DNA of 64,000 nucleotides from a bacterium (GCA_046757525.1 JBHHYI010000001.1:31073-95072); one strand, 5' to 3'. Shown: positions 1-11,623, counted from the first letter of the stretch. The notes: generated by a model from the letters alone, not told the origin. A program made the numbers and translations.

Positions 1-1637
1 TCAGCGTGAGGGCGCCGAGAACGGTTACTCTCACGTGCAAGGGTTGGGGCCAGGAAGCGGCCATGCGGATGCTGATGAACAATTTGGATCCCGAAGTCGC
101 TGAAGCTCCGGAGAAGTTGATTATCTATGGGGGGACTGGCAAAGCGGCGAGAAATTGGGATTGTTACCATGCCATCGTGAGGTGCCTGCAAAACCTGGAG
201 AACGACGAGACGTTGCTCGTGCAGTCGGGTAAACCTGTGGGGATTTTTAGGACCCACCCTCAGGCCCCAAGGGTGTTGATCGCCAATTCATTGTTGGTAC
301 CGGCCTGGGCAAATGCGCAATACTTCCGCAACCTGGAAGACAAAGGGCTGATCATGTACGGCCAAATGACCGCGGGTAGCTGGATTTACATCGGCACACA
401 AGGAATCTTGCAAGGCACTTATGAAACTTTTGCTGCTGCGGCTAAAAAGCACTTTGGCGGTGACTTAAAGGGCAAGCTCGTCGTCTCCGGTGGTTTAGGC
501 GGTATGGGAGGAGCCCAGCCCCTGGCTGCCACCATGAACGGCGGTGCCTTCCTGGGAATAGAAGTGGACCGTAACCGAATTGCCAGGCGCCTTAAAACCG
601 GTTATTGCGACCAAATGACCGAAGATTTGGATGAAGCTTTGAGAATCGTTTTGGAGGCTAAGGACAGCGCACAGGCCATTTCGGTGGGTCTGGTGGGGAA
701 TTGTGCGGAAGTCTTGCCCCAGTTGGTGCAAAGGCAAGTTGTGCCGGATTTGCTGACCGATCAAACCTCAGCTCATGACGAGCTCAACGGCTATGTGCCG
801 GCCGGGCTGCCGCTTGAAAAAGCGCTGCAGTTGAGGACCCAGGATCCCGAGGAATACATTCGCAGAAGTTACGAGTCGATGGCACGCCATGTCAAAGCGA
901 TGCTGGAGCTCAACAAAATGGGCGCTGTGACTTTCGATTACGGTAACAATTTGAGGGGGCAAGCCCTCAAAGCAGGTGTGCAAGATGCCTTTGATTTTCC
1001 CGGTTTTGTGCCTGCCTACATTCGGCCGCTGTTCTGCGAAGGCAAAGGGCCATTTCGCTGGGTGGCACTTTCTGGCGATCCGGAAGACATTTACAAAACC
1101 GATGAGGTGGTTTTGAAGTTGTTTCCGGAAAATGAATCCCTTGTTCGCTGGATTGGTCTGGCCCGGAAACGGATTCAGTTTCAAGGGCTGCCTGCGCGAA
1201 TTTGTTGGTTGGGCTATGGGGAGAGGGCCAGGTTTGGCCTGGCCATCAATGACATGGTTGGCAAAGGTGAAATCAAAGCGCCCATCGTAATCGGTAGAGA
1301 TCACCTGGACACCGGCTCTGTGGCTTCCCCGAATCGAGAAACCGAAGGCATGCTGGACGGCTCCGACGCCATTGCTGACTGGCCCATACTCAATGGCCTG
1401 CTCAATGCCGTATCGGGTGCCACCTGGGTGTCGGTACACCATGGTGGCGGCGTTGGAATCGGGAACTCCATTCATGCCGGGCAGGTCGTCGTTGCCGACG
1501 GGACGCAAGAAGCCGCAGAGCGATTAGAGCGCGTGCTGACCAATGATCCAGGCATCGGCATAGCCAGGCATGCGGACGCGGGTTATCAGGGGGCAATCGA
1601 CACCGCGAAGAAGCACGAAATAAAGATTCCCATGTAG
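1..1637 (+). CDS. hutU: urocanate hydratase (urocanase), 5' end outside window
   Basis: Translation matches the HutU family from about residue 12 onward ([25 protein letters not shown] motifs). The frame is open to the window edge. Confidence 0.9.
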   Translation, partial: SVRAPRTVTLTCKGWGQEAAMRMLMNNLDPEVAEAPEKLIIYGGTGKAARNWDCYHAIVRCLQNLENDETLLVQSGKPVGIFRTHPQAPRVLIANSLLVPAWANAQYFRNLEDKGLIMYGQMTAGSWIYIGTQGILQGTYETFAAAAKKHFGGDLKGKLVVSGGLGGMGGAQPLAATMNGGAFLGIEVDRNRIARRLKTGYCDQMTEDLDEALRIVLEAKDSAQAISVGLVGNCAEVLPQLVQRQVVPDLLTDQTSAHDELNGYVPAGLPLEKALQLRTQDPEEYIRRSYESMARHVKAMLELNKMGAVTFDYGNNLRGQALKAGVQDAFDFPGFVPAYIRPLFCEGKGPFRWVALSGDPEDIYKTDEVVLKLFPENESLVRWIGLARKRIQFQGLPARICWLGYGERARFGLAINDMVGKGEIKAPIVIGRDHLDTGSVASPNRETEGMLDGSDAIADWPILNGLLNAVSGATWVSVHHGGGVGIGNSIHAGQVVVADGTQEAAERLERVLTNDPGIGIARHADAGYQGAIDTAKKHEIKIPM

Positions 1638-1751
1638 TCCTCGTGAGAAGCTTTCTTTAGGGAGGGAAAGGCACCATTTGGAAAGCAACCCGCACCAGAA
1701 ATTCGATTTTCCCGTCCCATTTGTACGCTTTAATCTTGACTTTAGCAAAAA

Positions 1752-3011
1752 TTGAAGGCCGATTTATTAATCCAAAATGCTGAGGAGATCGCAACCGGGC
1801 AGGCGATTGCTGACTTTGCTCCGGCTAAGTGGTCGGTGTTTAAGGGAACCAGTCTCGCTGCCTTTGAGGGCAAAATCGTAGCCCTGGGGCCGAATCGCCA
1901 GGTTCAAGAAACGGTTGAAATGGCTGACAACGGGGTCACTATCGACGCTACCGGCAAAACCGTGACCCCCGGGTTCGTGGACTGCCACACACACCCAATT
2001 TTCAAAGATGCGCGTGAACAGGAGTTTGAAATGCGGGTGGTGGGAAAGAGTTACGAGGAAATTGCAGAAGCCGGTGGTGGGATTCGTGCCAGTGTTAGAA
2101 GTCTACGTCGAGCTTCCAAAGAGCAATTGGTGCAAGCAGCCCTGCCGCGCCTGGACCGCTTTCTCGCACATGGCACCACCACCATCGAAGCAAAATCGGG
2201 CTACGGGTTGACGCTTGAGGATGAAGTCAAATCGTTGGAAGTGATTGCCGAGCTGAATCGGTTGCACCCCCTCGATATCGTTCCCACCTTTTTGGGCGCA
2301 CACGAGATTCCTGATGAATATCGAGGCCAAACGGGAAAGTATCTCGAGGTGGTCATCAATGAAATGCTTCCCAGGGTTGTGGAAAACAACTTAGCTGAAT
2401 TCTGCGACATATTCTGCGAGGCCAATGTTTTCTCCACCCAGGAGGTGCGCAAACTATTTGCCGCGGCCAGGAATGCCGGTTTGAAATTAAAGATTCATGC
2501 CGACCAATTGACTGCCAACGGTGGGGCTTCGTTAGCCGCAGAATTTGGTGCCGTGTCAGCCGACCACCTGGAATACACCACAGCCGGCGATTGGGCCAAC
2601 CTGCTGCACAACCAGGTCGTTCCTGTGCTCCTGCCAGGCGCTGTTTTTTTTATCGGCAAAGACAAGTACGCCAGGGCTCGTGAGATGGTGAAGATGGGCC
2701 TACCAGTCGCTGTCGCCACCGATTTCAATCCTGGGACCTGCATGTCCGAGTCCATGCCACTCATGCTCACCTTGAGCTGTCTGAAACTGAAGCTCACACC
2801 GGCCGAAACCCTTGTGGCCGCTACCTATCACGCCGCATTAGCCATTGATCGGGGGAACTTATTGGGCACTCTTGAAGTAGGAAAAAAGGCTGATTTAGTA
2901 ATCTGGGATATTCCAAACTTTAAGCACATCCCCTATCATTTCGGTGTTAACCTGGTCAGGACCGTAATTAAGAATGGGAATATAGTTTATGAAATCCAAG
3001 ACTCCCGGTGA
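1752..3011 (+). CDS. hutI: imidazolonepropionase
   Basis: 419 aa with an amidohydrolase HxH motif (FVDCHTHPIF). Sits directly downstream of hutU. Confidence 0.9.
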   Translation: MKADLLIQNAEEIATGQAIADFAPAKWSVFKGTSLAAFEGKIVALGPNRQVQETVEMADNGVTIDATGKTVTPGFVDCHTHPIFKDAREQEFEMRVVGKSYEEIAEAGGGIRASVRSLRRASKEQLVQAALPRLDRFLAHGTTTIEAKSGYGLTLEDEVKSLEVIAELNRLHPLDIVPTFLGAHEIPDEYRGQTGKYLEVVINEMLPRVVENNLAEFCDIFCEANVFSTQEVRKLFAAARNAGLKLKIHADQLTANGGASLAAEFGAVSADHLEYTTAGDWANLLHNQVVPVLLPGAVFFIGKDKYARAREMVKMGLPVAVATDFNPGTCMSESMPLMLTLSCLKLKLTPAETLVAATYHAALAIDRGNLLGTLEVGKKADLVIWDIPNFKHIPYHFGVNLVRTVIKNGNIVYEIQDSR

Positions 3012-4195
3012 ACATGAATAAGTTGAATGGCAAGAGAATTAACCCAATCGTTTACGTTGTATTTGCACTCATGCCCATTCTTTCGAACGCGTGCAGTGGC
3101 GACAGTCCCATCGAAGGCTTCGACCTCACCGATGTCACCGACAGAGGGGAGATTCGCAACACCGTTCTTGACACGCTGCAGTTAGAGATGAGTTTTGACA
3201 ATGAGCTCGCACCCACCGGCCATGCCGTGCTTTTGTCATTGGGCGCTTTTGACAACGTGACGACCAAAATCCTGTTGAGATTTGCCACCTTGCCGGATTC
3301 GCTGGTCATCAGCTCAGCGAAGGTGATTCTGCATCCACACGCCGTTATTGGGCGCAGCAAAGGTTCCTTTACGGCAACAGCCCGTCAGGTTACTACGGAT
3401 TGGGACGAAAGCACGGTGACTTCTGAGAGTTTTGACGAGTCGCAGGCTACCACCGTCGTGGGCATGGCGGAGATATTCTCAACCATTGGCAATGCGACCA
3501 GCAAGGATTCGAGTGTGGTCATACCTATCGACCCGGCGTTGGTGAATGCCTGGATAGATTCTTCGGTGGCAAATCAAGGCATCTTGATCGACTTCTCCCG
3601 GGAACTTTTCATCGAAGAGTTTTTCTCAAAGGACAATTCGACCCAACGACCGCAATTGCAACTGCAGTATATGGTGGAAGATACGTTGCAGACGAACAGT
3701 TTTGTTGCCACGGCTGATGCCTTCCTGTTTAAAAGGACAAGTCCATTACCAAGCGGCCCCATTTATGTGGCTAACGGACTAAACCGGCGAAGCATTCTCA
3801 AATTTAAACTCTCTGAGATTCCCCGTGAGGCTACGGTTAGTAAAGCAATGCTGGATTTAAATATACAGCTCGGAAACACATTGCTCACCGGTGATGGCCT
3901 CAAGATTCAAGTTGTACCCCTACTTTCAGAATTTGTCTCGCCCGATTCCTTCAAAACGGATGCAAGTTTTGTTCTTGAGAGGGATGTGAGTGCTTCGGAT
4001 GGTTCCATTCAGATGGACATTCGAAGTCTGCTTCAAACCTGGGTTTCCCAGACCAGAGAGAATTTTGGTTTTGTCATTAGATCGCGCAATCCAGATCGCG
4101 ATGTCTCGCGCATTGCTTTTTTTTCCACGGAGATCGACACGAGTTTAGCCCCCAAAGTGGCAGTAGACTTCACGATCCCCCCCCAAGGTAAATGA
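3008..4195 (+). CDS. lipoprotein with two internally repeated beta-sandwich-like domains (DNRLRE-like?)
   Basis: GTG start overlaps the hutI stop. Lipobox-like signal (ILSNAC). Two halves share motifs (LLRFATLPDSLVISSAKVIL / ILKFKLSEIPREATVSKAMLDL; FFSKDNS / FFSTEIDTS). Confidence 0.45.
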   Translation: MNMNKLNGKRINPIVYVVFALMPILSNACSGDSPIEGFDLTDVTDRGEIRNTVLDTLQLEMSFDNELAPTGHAVLLSLGAFDNVTTKILLRFATLPDSLVISSAKVILHPHAVIGRSKGSFTATARQVTTDWDESTVTSESFDESQATTVVGMAEIFSTIGNATSKDSSVVIPIDPALVNAWIDSSVANQGILIDFSRELFIEEFFSKDNSTQRPQLQLQYMVEDTLQTNSFVATADAFLFKRTSPLPSGPIYVANGLNRRSILKFKLSEIPREATVSKAMLDLNIQLGNTLLTGDGLKIQVVPLLSEFVSPDSFKTDASFVLERDVSASDGSIQMDIRSLLQTWVSQTRENFGFVIRSRNPDRDVSRIAFFSTEIDTSLAPKVAVDFTIPPQGK

Positions 4196-4218
4196 GATTT
4201 AAGTTTTAGGAAACGAAG

Positions 4219-5418
4219 ATGAAAACACGCAGTTTGGTATTTTTTGTTTTGTTGCTTGGCCTGTCAACCAGCTTGAGTGCTCAATCCTTTTATTCCAGAA
4301 AGGGCATTGGTCTGGTACACTATTTTGTAAGCGGACGAAGCGTAGCCATGGGAGGCGTGGGACTGGCCTTCATAGAGCCTCTGACGGTGAACTACCTGAA
4401 TCCTGCAGCCCTGGCCGCCCTACCACTCACAACCGTTTCTGGCAATTTTTTACACCAGGCAGTCGATGTCAATGGTGCTTCACCCGATGCGTTCATATCC
4501 GATACCAACGTGGCCGGGTTGCAATTTGTTATTCCTATCAAGAAAGAGGTCATTTCAATCTCAATAGGGGCTGCCCCGTATAGCCGCATCCAATATGGCT
4601 TCAGCAATTTGGGGTCCGATGGGGAAAACTCGTACCGGGAAACCGTGTCGGGCGATGGTGGCGTCACAAGTGCCTTCTTCAGCTTGGCAGTCCGACCGGT
4701 CAAAAGATTCTATCTCGGAATCACCGGATTGTTTTATTTCGGCAGATTGAGCACTAATTGGCGCCTGGATTTCGTCAACTCGACACTGCAGGACGCGCGA
4801 GACAAAGTTTCACGTACTTTTAATGCTGGAAATTTTAGGGTTGGGGTGCTCTACAAGGTCAATTCAAGCTTGAATGTCGCAGCCGTGTTGTCCCCCTCTG
4901 TCACCCTGGACGCAAACAAAGAAGTTTCCACCCGCTTTTCAGAATTCACAGATTTCCCCAATTCAGACCTCGAACTCCCCCTGGCGTTTGGGCTGGGCAC
5001 CTCCTGGAAGCTTAGCACCAAGATTCTGCTCGGCGCAGATTATTATACGGAGTTGTGGAGCAAAAGCAATTTCCAAGATGAGGGCATTGTAAACGACAGC
5101 CAACGAATTGCCCTGGGTATCGAGTTTTTACCAAATTCATCCGTTGCGGGTTCGTATCTTAGCCGAGTCGCCTACCGGGCAGGCTTTTTTTACCGAGATT
5201 TGGGTATTGAGGATCCAATAGGAGAAAGGGTAACGGAGTTTTTTGGTTCTATCGGACTGGGCTTGCCGGTCCGCTGGCGGGCGGGTAGGATTGACCTGGC
5301 CCTCGAAGGTGGTAGGCGGGGCTCGCTGTCCTCAAATCCCATCCGAGAGACGGTCGTTCGAGTTTCCGCCAGCATCTCTGTTGGACAAAAGTGGTTCTAT
5401 CGCGGGGGACGACGGTAG
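4219..5418 (+). CDS. outer-membrane beta-barrel protein, FadL/PorV (OMPP1)-like
   Basis: Signal peptide plus an N-terminal GRSVAMGGVGLAF...NPAALAAL motif typical of FadL-family barrels. C-terminal residues are aromatic-rich. Confidence 0.5.
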   Translation: MKTRSLVFFVLLLGLSTSLSAQSFYSRKGIGLVHYFVSGRSVAMGGVGLAFIEPLTVNYLNPAALAALPLTTVSGNFLHQAVDVNGASPDAFISDTNVAGLQFVIPIKKEVISISIGAAPYSRIQYGFSNLGSDGENSYRETVSGDGGVTSAFFSLAVRPVKRFYLGITGLFYFGRLSTNWRLDFVNSTLQDARDKVSRTFNAGNFRVGVLYKVNSSLNVAAVLSPSVTLDANKEVSTRFSEFTDFPNSDLELPLAFGLGTSWKLSTKILLGADYYTELWSKSNFQDEGIVNDSQRIALGIEFLPNSSVAGSYLSRVAYRAGFFYRDLGIEDPIGERVTEFFGSIGLGLPVRWRAGRIDLALEGGRRGSLSSNPIRETVVRVSASISVGQKWFYRGGRR

Positions 5419-5534
5419 TAACTGGATTGTAACATTTTGCTTGATTTTTAGCGGATTATTTAGTAAAATCAAGAGCTTCAGTCCTCAGAGAATAAATCCA
5501 CTTTCTAAGAAAATCAAATCTTTGGGAGGAAAAA

Positions 5535-6830
5535 GTGGCTTTCAAAGTTGACCTCAAGACGGTATTGAATGGTTTGATTCGATACGGGGTGCTTTTATTG
5601 ACGATAATGGTTGCTTTAAGTCTAATCCAGGACGGTGCAATTGCTCAGAAAAAGAAAAAGAAGAAGAAGGGCAAAAAGCATAGCGAAGAGTATGAGCAGG
5701 CTTATCGGGATTCTCTGAAAAAGGAATACACTAAGAAACTAAACCTTTACTGGAGTTTCGGGTACGAAAACTACAAAAACAAGCAATATGCCGATGCATC
5801 AAGGCACTTTTGGAGAGTGGCCAGAATGGATACCACAAACAAATTTCCAAAGGTTTATCAGTACCTTGGACAAAGCTATTTTCAGCTCCAAAAGCCAGAC
5901 ACAGCGCAAATCGTATATGAAATGGGCATCAAGAAATATCCCAAAGAAGCCCATTTGCATCGCATGCTCGGTTACATCTTGAGTCAGCGAGAGCAAACGG
6001 ACGCGGCCATTGAGCAGTATGAGGCTGTCGTCAAACTCGAGCCCAAAGCTGTGGATGATTGGCGACAACTTGCAAATTTGTATGTTAGGACCGACAGGAT
6101 GGAAGATGCCATCAGTGCTTATGAGAAAATCGTTGAGCTGGTCCCCGAGGACGTCCAGGCCTCCAATACGCTGGCCGAATTGTTGAAATCCACGGGAGAC
6201 ATCGAACGCGTAATCGCAGCGAAAGAGGAAGCTGTGGCCAAGGATTCAACCAACACGCAGCTCTTGTTTGAGCTTGGCAAAATCTATTTCGATCAGTCTG
6301 AATATGAGAAGGCCATCGAAAAATTCAAAGCTTTGTTGAAAATAACCCCCGATGACGAGAATGCGTTAGAATATGTTGGCAATGCCTATCAAAGCATGGA
6401 ACGGTATCGATCGGCCATTGCTGAATTCAACAAGGTTCTGAAACTTGAGGCCGGCAACAAGAAAGTGTTGGCAGAAATCAGCCGTTGTTACCGGGGTTTG
6501 AACAATTTCCCCCGGGCTCGAGCTTACGCCAGAAAGGCTCTTGCGGTTGATAACCAGTATGGACTGGGTTGGATTGTTTTGGGGGAAGCTTACGAGGCCA
6601 GCGCAGAAAAGTGTGTGAAAGCCAAACGAGGTAAGATTGACTTCAACGACAAATTGGTCTACGAAAAGGCTTATTTCCAATACCGAAAAGCTTTATCTGA
6701 CCTTGAGTACAAGGGCGACGCCGAGAGAAAAATCAATTATTTGCGAGGTGTCTTACCGACAAAAGAAGACAAGTTCATGCACAAGAATCAGAAGCAACCT
6801 AAAGGTGATTGTTACAAGTGGATGCGGTAG
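5535..6830 (+). CDS. TPR-repeat protein with an N-terminal TM segment and a poly-lysine tract
   Basis: TM helix, a KKKKKKKGKK run, then multiple 34-aa TPR-like repeats (AxxYxxAL patterns). Confidence 0.7.
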   Translation: MAFKVDLKTVLNGLIRYGVLLLTIMVALSLIQDGAIAQKKKKKKKGKKHSEEYEQAYRDSLKKEYTKKLNLYWSFGYENYKNKQYADASRHFWRVARMDTTNKFPKVYQYLGQSYFQLQKPDTAQIVYEMGIKKYPKEAHLHRMLGYILSQREQTDAAIEQYEAVVKLEPKAVDDWRQLANLYVRTDRMEDAISAYEKIVELVPEDVQASNTLAELLKSTGDIERVIAAKEEAVAKDSTNTQLLFELGKIYFDQSEYEKAIEKFKALLKITPDDENALEYVGNAYQSMERYRSAIAEFNKVLKLEAGNKKVLAEISRCYRGLNNFPRARAYARKALAVDNQYGLGWIVLGEAYEASAEKCVKAKRGKIDFNDKLVYEKAYFQYRKALSDLEYKGDAERKINYLRGVLPTKEDKFMHKNQKQPKGDCYKWMR

Positions 6831-6865
6831 GGACCTGAAAGTCTAATAACAAACAAGGAATACTG

Positions 6866-8158
6866 TTGGAGCTGATAAAAAAGACAGATCCCCAATTATA
6901 CCGGGCTATCGTAGATGAAATCCACAGACAGAATGAAAAGCTTGAATTAATAGCGTCCGAGAATTTCGTCAGTCCTGCCGTGTTGCAGGCCATGGGGCAG
7001 GTCATGACCAACAAATATGCCGAGGGTTACCCGGCTAAGCGATATTACGGCGGTTGCGAATTTGTAGATGTTGCAGAAGAATTAGCCCGAGACAGAGCCA
7101 AGAAACTTTTCCAAGCGGAACACGCCAACGTACAACCCCACTCAGGTTCCCAGGCCAACATAGCGGCCTATTTTTCTTTCATAAAGCCTGGGGACACGAT
7201 TTTAGGCATGAATTTGTCCCATGGGGGGCATCTGACCCACGGCAGTCCGGTGAATTTTTCCGGGCGAATTTTCCGGGTAGTCTTTTATGGCGTCAATCGA
7301 GAGACTGGGCGCATCGACCTGGACGAAGTGGCGGCTGTGGCCGAAAAAGAAAAGCCGCGGCTCATCATCGTCGGTGCCAGCGCCTACGCCAGAGCTATCG
7401 ATTATGAATCCTTCAGATGGATTGCTGACAAAGTGGGGGCATATCTTGTTGCCGACATTGCTCATCCCGCGGGCTTGATCGCCTGTGAATTGTTGCCAAG
7501 TCCAATGCCCCATTGTCATGCCGTGACCACGACAACACACAAGACTCTGCGCGGGCCCCGCGGCGGCATGATTCTGATCGGAAAGGATCAAGAAAATGAT
7601 TTGGGGATAAAGACGCCCAAGGGGCGGACCAAACTCTGGTCTGAAATCATCGATTCTAACGTCTTTCCCGGCTTTCAGGGCGGCCCTCTCATGCACATCA
7701 TCGCAGCCAAAGCGCTGGCCTTCAAAGAAGCGCTGCAGCCAGACTTCAGAGAGTATTCTAAACAGGTTATCCGGAATGCACAAACTCTGGCCAATGAACT
7801 GATGGAGATGGGATATCATGTCGTCTCAGGCGGCACCGACACGCATCTGATGCTGGTCGACTTGCGCAACAAGGGCTTGACCGGCAAGCAGGCCGAACAG
7901 GCTTTGGAACAAGCGGGCATCACGGTCAACAAGAACATGGTTCCTTTCGATGACCAGAGTCCCTTTGTGACCAGTGGCATTCGTTTAGGGACGCCGGCTT
8001 TGACAACCCGCGGCATGAAAGAAAAGGAGATGGCGGAAATCGCAAAGTTCATCGATTCCGTTTTGTCGCAGATTGACGATAAGACTGTGATCAAAGAGGT
8101 CGCCCATGAGACTTTTGAGCTGTGCGAGCGATTTCCGTTGTACCAGGTGCCGGACTGA
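6866..8158 (+). CDS. glyA: serine hydroxymethyltransferase
   Basis: Full-length SHMT similarity ([13 protein letters not shown], the PLP-lysine region [13 protein letters not shown]). Confidence 0.95.
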   Translation: MELIKKTDPQLYRAIVDEIHRQNEKLELIASENFVSPAVLQAMGQVMTNKYAEGYPAKRYYGGCEFVDVAEELARDRAKKLFQAEHANVQPHSGSQANIAAYFSFIKPGDTILGMNLSHGGHLTHGSPVNFSGRIFRVVFYGVNRETGRIDLDEVAAVAEKEKPRLIIVGASAYARAIDYESFRWIADKVGAYLVADIAHPAGLIACELLPSPMPHCHAVTTTTHKTLRGPRGGMILIGKDQENDLGIKTPKGRTKLWSEIIDSNVFPGFQGGPLMHIIAAKALAFKEALQPDFREYSKQVIRNAQTLANELMEMGYHVVSGGTDTHLMLVDLRNKGLTGKQAEQALEQAGITVNKNMVPFDDQSPFVTSGIRLGTPALTTRGMKEKEMAEIAKFIDSVLSQIDDKTVIKEVAHETFELCERFPLYQVPD

Positions 8159-8164
8159 ACGATC

Positions 8165-8623
8165 ATGCGCTGCCCTTACTGTAAATATGAAGATAGCCGC
8201 GTCATCGACTCTCGTGCCAGCAACGAGGGGCGGGCCATAAGAAGGCGAAGGGAGTGCTTGTCATGCAAACGGAGATTCACCACCAAGGAGCATGTGGAAG
8301 AGTCTCCGCTTATGGTGGTCAAAACGGATGGACGGCGTGAAATCTATGATCAGAGTAAGCTGAGGCGAAGCCTGCAAATCGCCTGCATCAAAAGGCCCAT
8401 TTCTGTGAACACCATCGATGATATCGTGACGAAGATCGAAGGTCGATTGCGCGACAAATCCCAGGATGAAATCAATTCTCGTGAAATCGGGGAGTTGGTC
8501 ATCAATTACCTTCGAGAACTGGATGAGGTCGCCTACGTAAGATTTGCTTCCGTTTATCGCAATTTTCAGGATAAGGAAGAATTCTTGAGCGAGCTGGAGG
8601 GCCTAAAGGAACTCGGCAAATAG
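8165..8623 (+). CDS. nrdR: transcriptional repressor NrdR
   Basis: MRCPYCK...CLSCKRRFTT zinc ribbon followed by an ATP-cone. 152 aa. Confidence 0.9.
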   Translation: MRCPYCKYEDSRVIDSRASNEGRAIRRRRECLSCKRRFTTKEHVEESPLMVVKTDGRREIYDQSKLRRSLQIACIKRPISVNTIDDIVTKIEGRLRDKSQDEINSREIGELVINYLRELDEVAYVRFASVYRNFQDKEEFLSELEGLKELGK

Positions 8624-8720
8624 AACAGACTTAAAAGTTGTGGAATGATATTGGGCAGATAGATTTGGTTGTCCCATTCTTTTGAGGGTTACCACTATCT
8701 GCTGTTTTATGTTTGGACAC

Positions 8721-9476
8721 ATGGAGAACAAACCCAAAGGAACCGACGTGAGAGAAATGCCCTTTCTCGATCATCTGGAAGAATTGCGTTGGCGACTGAT
8801 AAAATCAATTGCCGCAATCGTCCTCAGTGCCATCGCGGTCTACTTTTTTTCTGACAAGGTCCTTTCTTTGCTGATAAGGCCCTACAACCTGGCGGCGGAG
8901 AATTTGCAAAAAACCAACGTACAGCGATTGATTTTTTTGACGCCCACCGGGGGCTTCATGATTCGCATTAAGCTCTCTATTTTTGTCGGGATTTTGATTT
9001 CTTTGCCGGTGATATTCTACCAGGTGTGGAAGTTTGTGGTGCCAGGGCTTCTGCAAAAAGAGCGTAAATATGTGCCTGTGGTGGTTTTGTTCTCCACCTT
9101 CTGCTTCTTGACCGGAGCGTTGTTCTGTTATCTGGTGGTTTTGCGGTACGGGCTGCGGTTTTTATTGAGTTTTGAAACGGCTGATCTGGCGGCCACTATT
9201 TCCGTCAACGAGTACTTGCAATTTGTCACCATGTTGATTCTTGTTTTTGGTTTGGTTTTCGAGCTCCCTGTTTTGTCTTTTTTTTTGACGAAAATTGGTC
9301 TTCTCACACCCCCCTTTTTGCGTCACTACCGGCGGCATGGGATTGTCATCATGGTTATTCTTGCTGCGATGATTACGCCCCCCGACGTTTTTACACAGGT
9401 GCTTTTAGCCGGCCCACTCATCATGCTGTATGAAATCAGCATCCTGGTTTCAAAAATCGCGGTGCGCAAGTCTTAG
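8721..9476 (+). CDS. tatC: twin-arginine translocase subunit TatC
   Basis: MPFLDHLEELRWRL N-terminus and six TM segments. Start chosen at the ATG at 8721. Confidence 0.85.
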   Translation: MENKPKGTDVREMPFLDHLEELRWRLIKSIAAIVLSAIAVYFFSDKVLSLLIRPYNLAAENLQKTNVQRLIFLTPTGGFMIRIKLSIFVGILISLPVIFYQVWKFVVPGLLQKERKYVPVVVLFSTFCFLTGALFCYLVVLRYGLRFLLSFETADLAATISVNEYLQFVTMLILVFGLVFELPVLSFFLTKIGLLTPPFLRHYRRHGIVIMVILAAMITPPDVFTQVLLAGPLIMLYEISILVSKIAVRKS

Positions 9477-9544
9477 TCAATTAATAATCAAGTAACCTCA
9501 GCAGTGAGACGAAATACTAAATTGGGATCTGGAGGAAGCAATTT

Positions 9545-10099
9545 ATGGCTATAAAGGCAGACAGATGGATCAAGAAGATGGCCCTGGAACATGACATGAT
9601 TTCGCCCTTCATCGAGAAACAAGTTCGGGACCAGGTCATTTCTTACGGCGTCTCATCTTACGGCTACGACATCAGAATTGCTGATGAGTTCAAGATTTTC
9701 ACAAACCTGAACTCTACTATTGTCGACCCCAAGCAGTTAGATGCCAAATCTCTCGTCGATTTCAAAGGGGAGGTGTGCATTATTCCGCCTAATTCATTTG
9801 CCTTAGGACGAACCATTGAGTATTTCAAAATTCCCAGAAAAGTCATGACCATTTGCGTGGGCAAGTCGACTTATGCCCGCTGTGGCATTATCACCAATGT
9901 CACGCCTTTGGAGCCGGGATGGGAAGGGTTCGTGACCCTGGAGATTTCTAATACCACGCCCTTGCCAGCCAAGATCTATGCCGGCGAGGGAATCGCGCAA
10001 ATTCTATTTTTCGAAAGCGACGAGGATTGCCTAATTTCTTATGCGGACAAAACCGGTAAGTATCAGGCACAAAAGGGCATCACTTTGCCCAAAGTATGA
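9545..10099 (+). CDS. dcd: dCTP deaminase
   Basis: 184 aa with a YGYDIR motif and a dUTPase-like fold signature. Confidence 0.9.
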   Translation: MAIKADRWIKKMALEHDMISPFIEKQVRDQVISYGVSSYGYDIRIADEFKIFTNLNSTIVDPKQLDAKSLVDFKGEVCIIPPNSFALGRTIEYFKIPRKVMTICVGKSTYARCGIITNVTPLEPGWEGFVTLEISNTTPLPAKIYAGEGIAQILFFESDEDCLISYADKTGKYQAQKGITLPKV

Positions 10100-10108
10100 A
10101 ATTCAATT

Positions 10109-10948
10109 GTGAGTATTATGAATAGAAGTCCTCAATATGCCGATTTGCATCTACATTCAAACAGATCAGACGGGTTTTGCACGCCCGATCAATTGGTTGA
10201 AAAAGCCTTAGAACATAATCTTAAGGCGATTGCAATAGTCGATCATGATGACATCAGTGCTCTGGAGGAGGCCATCCCGTTCGGAAAGGAGAAAGGCATT
10301 GAAGTCATCCCGGGGGTAGAATTGAGTGTGCAGCACAACAATCTGGAGTTCCACCTATTAGGCTACTGCTTTGACCTCGGCAACCCCGAATTGCAGGCGC
10401 AGCTAAGGCTGTTCAAAGAAAACCGTGTGCAGAGGGCCCGGAAAATTGTGAACAAGTTGTCTAAATTGGGCGTCGCTATTTCTTTTGAAGAGGTCATTCA
10501 GAGGGCGGGCGAGGGTACGGTCGGCAGACCCCATATTGCTGAGGTCTTGCTGGAGCAGGGGTGTGTGTTTTCTTTTCAAGACGCTTTCAATCGTTACCTC
10601 GGCAGCGGCAAGCCAGCCTACGAGCAAAACTTCCGGATGGATTTCATTACGGCGCTCAGATTGGTGCGTGGTGCAGGTGGGATCTGCTCCATTGCTCATC
10701 CAGCCCTGGTGTTGGATGACGAGATGATTTACCAGTTAATCAAAGCAGGCATCGAAGGCATCGAAACCATTCATCCCAAACACAACCTGGAGAAAACGCG
10801 CTATTTCAGCGAAATTGCGAGAAGGAACGGCCTGGTTGAAACCGGAGGGTCCGACTATCATGGTGGCAAGAAAGGGGAGGAAGCCCTGGGGCATTACAGA
10901 ATTTCAATGGAAAACGTGTTGAGATTGAAGGAAATATCTTCGTGTTAG
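10109..10948 (+). CDS. PHP-domain phosphoesterase (TrpH/YciV RNase AM-like)
   Basis: LHLHSNRSDG...IAIVDHDD PHP motifs. 279 aa. Confidence 0.75.
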   Translation: MSIMNRSPQYADLHLHSNRSDGFCTPDQLVEKALEHNLKAIAIVDHDDISALEEAIPFGKEKGIEVIPGVELSVQHNNLEFHLLGYCFDLGNPELQAQLRLFKENRVQRARKIVNKLSKLGVAISFEEVIQRAGEGTVGRPHIAEVLLEQGCVFSFQDAFNRYLGSGKPAYEQNFRMDFITALRLVRGAGGICSIAHPALVLDDEMIYQLIKAGIEGIETIHPKHNLEKTRYFSEIARRNGLVETGGSDYHGGKKGEEALGHYRISMENVLRLKEISSC

Positions 10949-10957
10949 TGAGAGCGT

Positions 10958-11590
10958 ATGATTGTTGAGAAGATAGAGGTCGGCGTATTTGCGGAGAATT
11001 GCTACATGGTCGGCTGTGAGGAAACGCGTGAGGCCGTCGTTATCGATCCGGGAGATGAAATAGCTAAGATTCTCGACCGAATCGAAGACAGGGCCCTGAA
11101 TATAAAATATATTTTGCTTACCCACGCCCATCTGGATCATGTAAAAGAGGTCCAGACTTTCAAGAGAAGCCTGCCGGTGCCGATTCTCATGCACGCAGCG
11201 GACCAGTTTCTTCTGGACAATTTGCCGGCACAAGCAGCGGCCTTTGGCCTGACGACCTCAGGAATTCCTCATGTTGATGTAAACATCGACGAGGGCGACG
11301 AAATAGCGTTCGGCCAGCTCCGATTCAAGGTGCTGCACACGCCGGGCCATTCCCCTGGCAGTGTTTCCTTCGTGGCCTCGAATGCTGCTTTTGTTGGAGA
11401 CGCCCTATTTGCAGGCTCCATTGGTAGAACCGATTTGCCTGGTGGAGACTATGATTTGCTCATGAAATCAATCAGAGAAAAGCTGTTGACCCTGCCGGAA
11501 GCAACAGAAATCTATCCGGGTCACGGTCCAGTTTCCACCATTGGCCACGAAAAACAAACCAATCCTTTTCTAACAACTGCGTTGCGATGA
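10958..11590 (+). CDS. MBL-fold metallo-hydrolase
   Basis: THAHLDH zinc-binding motif, HTPGHSPG, 210 aa. Confidence 0.75.
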   Translation: MIVEKIEVGVFAENCYMVGCEETREAVVIDPGDEIAKILDRIEDRALNIKYILLTHAHLDHVKEVQTFKRSLPVPILMHAADQFLLDNLPAQAAAFGLTTSGIPHVDVNIDEGDEIAFGQLRFKVLHTPGHSPGSVSFVASNAAFVGDALFAGSIGRTDLPGGDYDLLMKSIREKLLTLPEATEIYPGHGPVSTIGHEKQTNPFLTTALR

Positions 11591-11623
11591 CGATGTTGCG
11601 CAAGCAACGCATCGAACTGAAGT

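Noticed and set aside
768-1508. 246-aa minus-strand ORF inside hutU
   Set aside because: Antisense to a clear urocanase match. Shadow ORF.
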